From: Thermodesulfobacteriota bacterium
GTDB taxonomy: Bacteria > Desulfobacterota_D > UBA1144 > Nemesobacterales > Nemesobacteraceae
Length of the DNA stretch: 64,000 nt
Assembly (NCBI GenBank): GCA_965232155.1
Contig: OZ246948.1
Span: forward strand, 21,698 to 85,697
Direction of reading: 5' to 3'
Shown here: positions 61,283-64,000 of the stretch, piece by piece
Position numbering within the stretch: the stretch's first letter is position 1
How the letters are laid out: the number at the start of each line of letters is the position of its first letter
Notes under the pieces: generated by a model
The model's input: the letters and a program-made list of their open reading frames with translations, nothing else
Database searches by the model: none
Told to the model about the DNA's origin: nothing
Made by a program: the position numbers and the translations under genes

Positions 61283-62677
61283 TCAGTCCTCTTCCGGCAT
61301 CATCACGAATTCTGGATAGGCCTCGATGCCGAGCTCGCCCACGTCTTGGCCGATGTTCTCGACATCCTCTGAAACCCGTAACCCCATGGTCCGGTCGATG
61401 ACAAACCACAACAGCATCGAAAGGCTAAACACAAACACGCCGATGGCCAGAATGCCGATGATCTGAGCAGAGAGGCTTCCACCGGCGGCGATGCAGACCG
61501 CCAACGTCCCCCAGATGCCAGTGCAGAGATGAACGGGGACAGCACCCACAACGTCGTCGATCTTTATCATTTCAAAACCCCTCATAGACAGCAGGCAAAC
61601 CATGCCCCCGATCGCTCCAATCACCACTGCCCAGTAATGCTGGACAATATCCGGCGCCGCGGTGATCGCGACGAGACCAGCCAGAGCACCGTTAAGCCCG
61701 GCGAACAGATCGACACGGCCCAGTATGGGCCGGGAGAGAACCAGAGCCGCCAGGACCCCGGCCGCCGCGGCCAGGTTGGTGTTGGAGAAGATATTGCTCA
61801 CCGCCACGGCGTCGAGTGCGCCGCTTAGGGCCAGCTGCGAACCTCCATTGAAGCCGAACCAGCCGAGCCACAGGATGAAAACGCCGAGAGTGACAACCGG
61901 AACATTGGATGGAGGAGTCGACTTGACGCTGCCATCAGGCCGGAACTTGCCCGAGCGAGGCCCAACCATGATAGCTCCCGCAAGCGCCGCCCAGCCTCCT
62001 GTGGAGTGAACCACGGTGGAACCGGCGAAGTCCTTGAACCCCAATTCAGCCAACCAGCCCCCTGCCCAAGTCCAGGCGCCAACGACTGGGTAAATGAACG
62101 CAGTCAACACAGCGATGAAAACGAAGAAAGACCACAGTTTCACACGCTCGGCCAGAGCGCCCGAGACAATGGAGGCCGTGGTCGCCACGAACACCATTTG
62201 GAAGAACCAGTTCGACATCGCCGAGTAGCCGCTCTCAACGACGGCCGCGGTGGCCGCTTCCTCGCCGCCGAGCAGCGCCACTTCATCTGCGGTCGTGCCG
62301 TACAGGAATTTGAGCGAACCAAACCAGTCGCCCGGTTCGACTCCGACATACATGATGTTGAAACCGATCAGGTAGTACGCCAGTCCGGCAATGGAGTAGA
62401 GGCCAATGTTCTTCAGGCAAATGACCGAAGCGTTTTTCGTCCGCACCGAACCCGCCTCGAGCATTGTGAAGCCTGCCGCCATCCACATCACGAGAGCACC
62501 CCACACGAGGAACCCAAAAGTGTTGAGGACAAACTGCGCTTCGCCCTCGATGGCGGCCCGCGCGGGTGTGGGCAATAAAGCGCAGATCAGCAGAATCGCG
62601 ACAATGCCGAATCTAGTCACAACCCAAGTGGCGACACGCCGACGGTTCTTAAATAACCGAAAGTCATGGACGATCAT
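61283..62677 (-). CDS. amt: Ammonium transporter
   Basis: 464 aa with a signal peptide and Amt signatures. No adjacent glnK. Confidence 0.9.
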   Translation of the reverse strand: MIVHDFRLFKNRRRVATWVVTRFGIVAILLICALLPTPARAAIEGEAQFVLNTFGFLVWGALVMWMAAGFTMLEAGSVRTKNASVICLKNIGLYSIAGLAYYLIGFNIMYVGVEPGDWFGSLKFLYGTTADEVALLGGEEAATAAVVESGYSAMSNWFFQMVFVATTASIVSGALAERVKLWSFFVFIAVLTAFIYPVVGAWTWAGGWLAELGFKDFAGSTVVHSTGGWAALAGAIMVGPRSGKFRPDGSVKSTPPSNVPVVTLGVFILWLGWFGFNGGSQLALSGALDAVAVSNIFSNTNLAAAAGVLAALVLSRPILGRVDLFAGLNGALAGLVAITAAPDIVQHYWAVVIGAIGGMVCLLSMRGFEMIKIDDVVGAVPVHLCTGIWGTLAVCIAAGGSLSAQIIGILAIGVFVFSLSMLLWFVIDRTMGLRVSEDVENIGQDVGELGIEAYPEFVMMPEED

Positions 62678-62714
62678 AGCTGCTTCTTACTTACAAAGAA
62701 AAGGGGCCTCAGAA

Positions 62715-62743
62715 AATATAGCCCTTTGCGGCGTTCATGTTAA
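62715..62743 (-). promoter_or_regulatory. Candidate sigma70 promoter for amt
   Basis: On the minus strand: TTAACA, then 17 nt, then TATATT. Confidence 0.25.
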
Positions 62744-62910
62744 GATTAAGCCCGAAATAATTATAGTTGTATCTGGCTATACTTATAATACGCGTAAAAG
62801 TTTACAGAAAAGTGAGACCACGTCAACAAGAAGCAAGCGACGGAAACAAGCGAGGGACTACCTTGATTCGACCAAGAACAGTATAGGTCTAGCAATGCAT
62901 ATAAATCCCT

Positions 62911-62938
62911 TTGAAAAATACTTCCGATTCCGTACAAT
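62911..62938 (+). promoter_or_regulatory. Candidate sigma70 promoter for eno
   Basis: TTGAAA, then 16 nt, then TACAAT, about 60 nt upstream of the ATG. Confidence 0.4.
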
Positions 62939-62997
62939 CAAACCCAAATCAGGGTTTGCGCTTAATAGTTAAACAGGCAACTCAAGAGGAAGTTAGA

Positions 62998-64000
62998 ATG
63001 TCAAAAATAACCAAGATAAGAGCAAGAGAAATACTGGATTCAAGGGGAAATCCAACGATAGAGGTAGAAGTAGACTGCTCAGACGGAGCTTTCGGCCGGG
63101 CGATGGTTCCCTCGGGGGCATCGACCGGAGAGCATGAAGCGCTTGAGCTTCGGGACCAGGAGAAGAACAGGTACATGGGAAAGGGGGTTTTGGGAGCGGT
63201 AAAAAATGTCCACGACATGATAGCTCCGCGCCTTGAGGGTCTTGATGTGCACAACCAGGCCCTGATAGACCGCACCATGATAGAACTTGACGGAACGGAA
63301 ACAAAATCCCGTTTCGGAGCAAACTCCATACTGGGAGTATCGCTTGCCTCGGCGAGAGCGGCCGCAAACTCCGAGGGAGCCTCCTTTTTCAGCTATCTCG
63401 GAGGCAAGGAAGCCGATATCCTCCCCGTACCGCTTATGAACATAATCAACGGCGGCGCTCACGCGGACAACAACCTAGATTTTCAGGAATTCATGATAGT
63501 TCCCCACGGTTTTTCCACCTTCCGGGAAGCCCTTCGGGCGGGAGTGGAAACCTTCCACGCACTTAAATCCATACTCAGCACCAAGGACCTCTCGACAGCC
63601 GTAGGAGACGAAGGAGGTTTCGCACCTTCTCTGGGATCAAATGAAGAGGCGCTCGAATGCATAATAGAGGCTATATGGAAAGCCGGATACAGCCCAGCGG
63701 AGCAGATATCAATAGCGCTTGACGTAGCTTCAAGCGAGTTCTTCCGCGAGGGAAGTTATCATGTGGAGCGAAAAACCGTGCCGGTTGCCGGTTTAATCGA
63801 AATATACGAGGAATGGATAAAGAAATACCCTATCGTTTCGATAGAAGACCCTCTGGATGAAAACGACTGGGAAGGCTGGAAGACGCTTACGGAGAAAATA
63901 GGTTCCGACGTACAGCTTGTCGGAGACGATCTTTTTGTAACGAACACGAAGAGACTCTCAGATGGGATAGACTCGGGAGTGGCAAACTCCATACTAATAA
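62998..64000 (+). CDS. eno: Enolase. Partial; continues past the window end.
   Basis: Manual translation: [25 protein letters not shown]...[19 protein letters not shown] Shine-Dalgarno. No in-window stop, so it is not on the ORF track. Confidence 0.9.
   Translation, partial: MSKITKIRAREILDSRGNPTIEVEVDCSDGAFGRAMVPSGASTGEHEALELRDQEKNRYMGKGVLGAVKNVHDMIAPRLEGLDVHNQALIDRTMIELDGTETKSRFGANSILGVSLASARAAANSEGASFFSYLGGKEADILPVPLMNIINGGAHADNNLDFQEFMIVPHGFSTFREALRAGVETFHALKSILSTKDLSTAVGDEGGFAPSLGSNEEALECIIEAIWKAGYSPAEQISIALDVASSEFFREGSYHVERKTVPVAGLIEIYEEWIKKYPIVSIEDPLDENDWEGWKTLTEKIGSDVQLVGDDLFVTNTKRLSDGIDSGVANSILI

Overview
This is a bacterial chromosomal window of about 52% GC. It is dominated by one long minus-strand ribosomal super-cluster running from about 1.97 kb to 21.15 kb, which is contiguous str, S10, spc and alpha operons. 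The gene order is rpsL-rpsG-fusA-tuf-rpsJ-rplCDWB-rpsS-rplV-rpsC-rplP-rpmC-rpsQ-rplNXE-rpsZ-rpsH-rplFR-rpsE-rplO-secY-adk-map-infA-rpmJ-rpsMKD-rpoA-rplQ, with no rpmD for L30. A near-consensus sigma70 promoter sits upstream of rpsL. Upstream on the same strand are purD, a glmS that is interrupted by a frameshift, glmU, ssb, a NUDIX hydrolase, a solitary hydantoinase-A family gene, rpoZ and phoD. The second half of the window carries housekeeping genes: hisIE, era, phr, aspS, sucAB, recG, topA, ugd plus a UDP-glucuronate epimerase, hemW, a TolC/MFP/ABC efflux set, amt, and partial eno. These are interspersed with small accessory islets, listed below.
- A tandem, translationally coupled pair of unusual FmdB-like zinc-ribbon proteins, each carrying an inserted domain of about 85 aa and each 167 aa long.
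- A divergently transcribed DEDDh exonuclease.
- A module made of a nucleoside 2-deoxyribosyltransferase-like protein and an ArsC/LMW-PTP-like protein.
- An AT-rich islet encoding a ParD-like RHH domain fused to an MNT nucleotidyltransferase, with an upstream inverted repeat.
- A second orphan MNT next to a chromosomal TraT lipoprotein homolog.
- An alpha-carbonic anhydrase with an atypical codon signature and no signal peptide.

No rRNA, tRNA or CRISPR array was seen. Everything here is read from the sequence and the ORF track by eye, and no database search was run.
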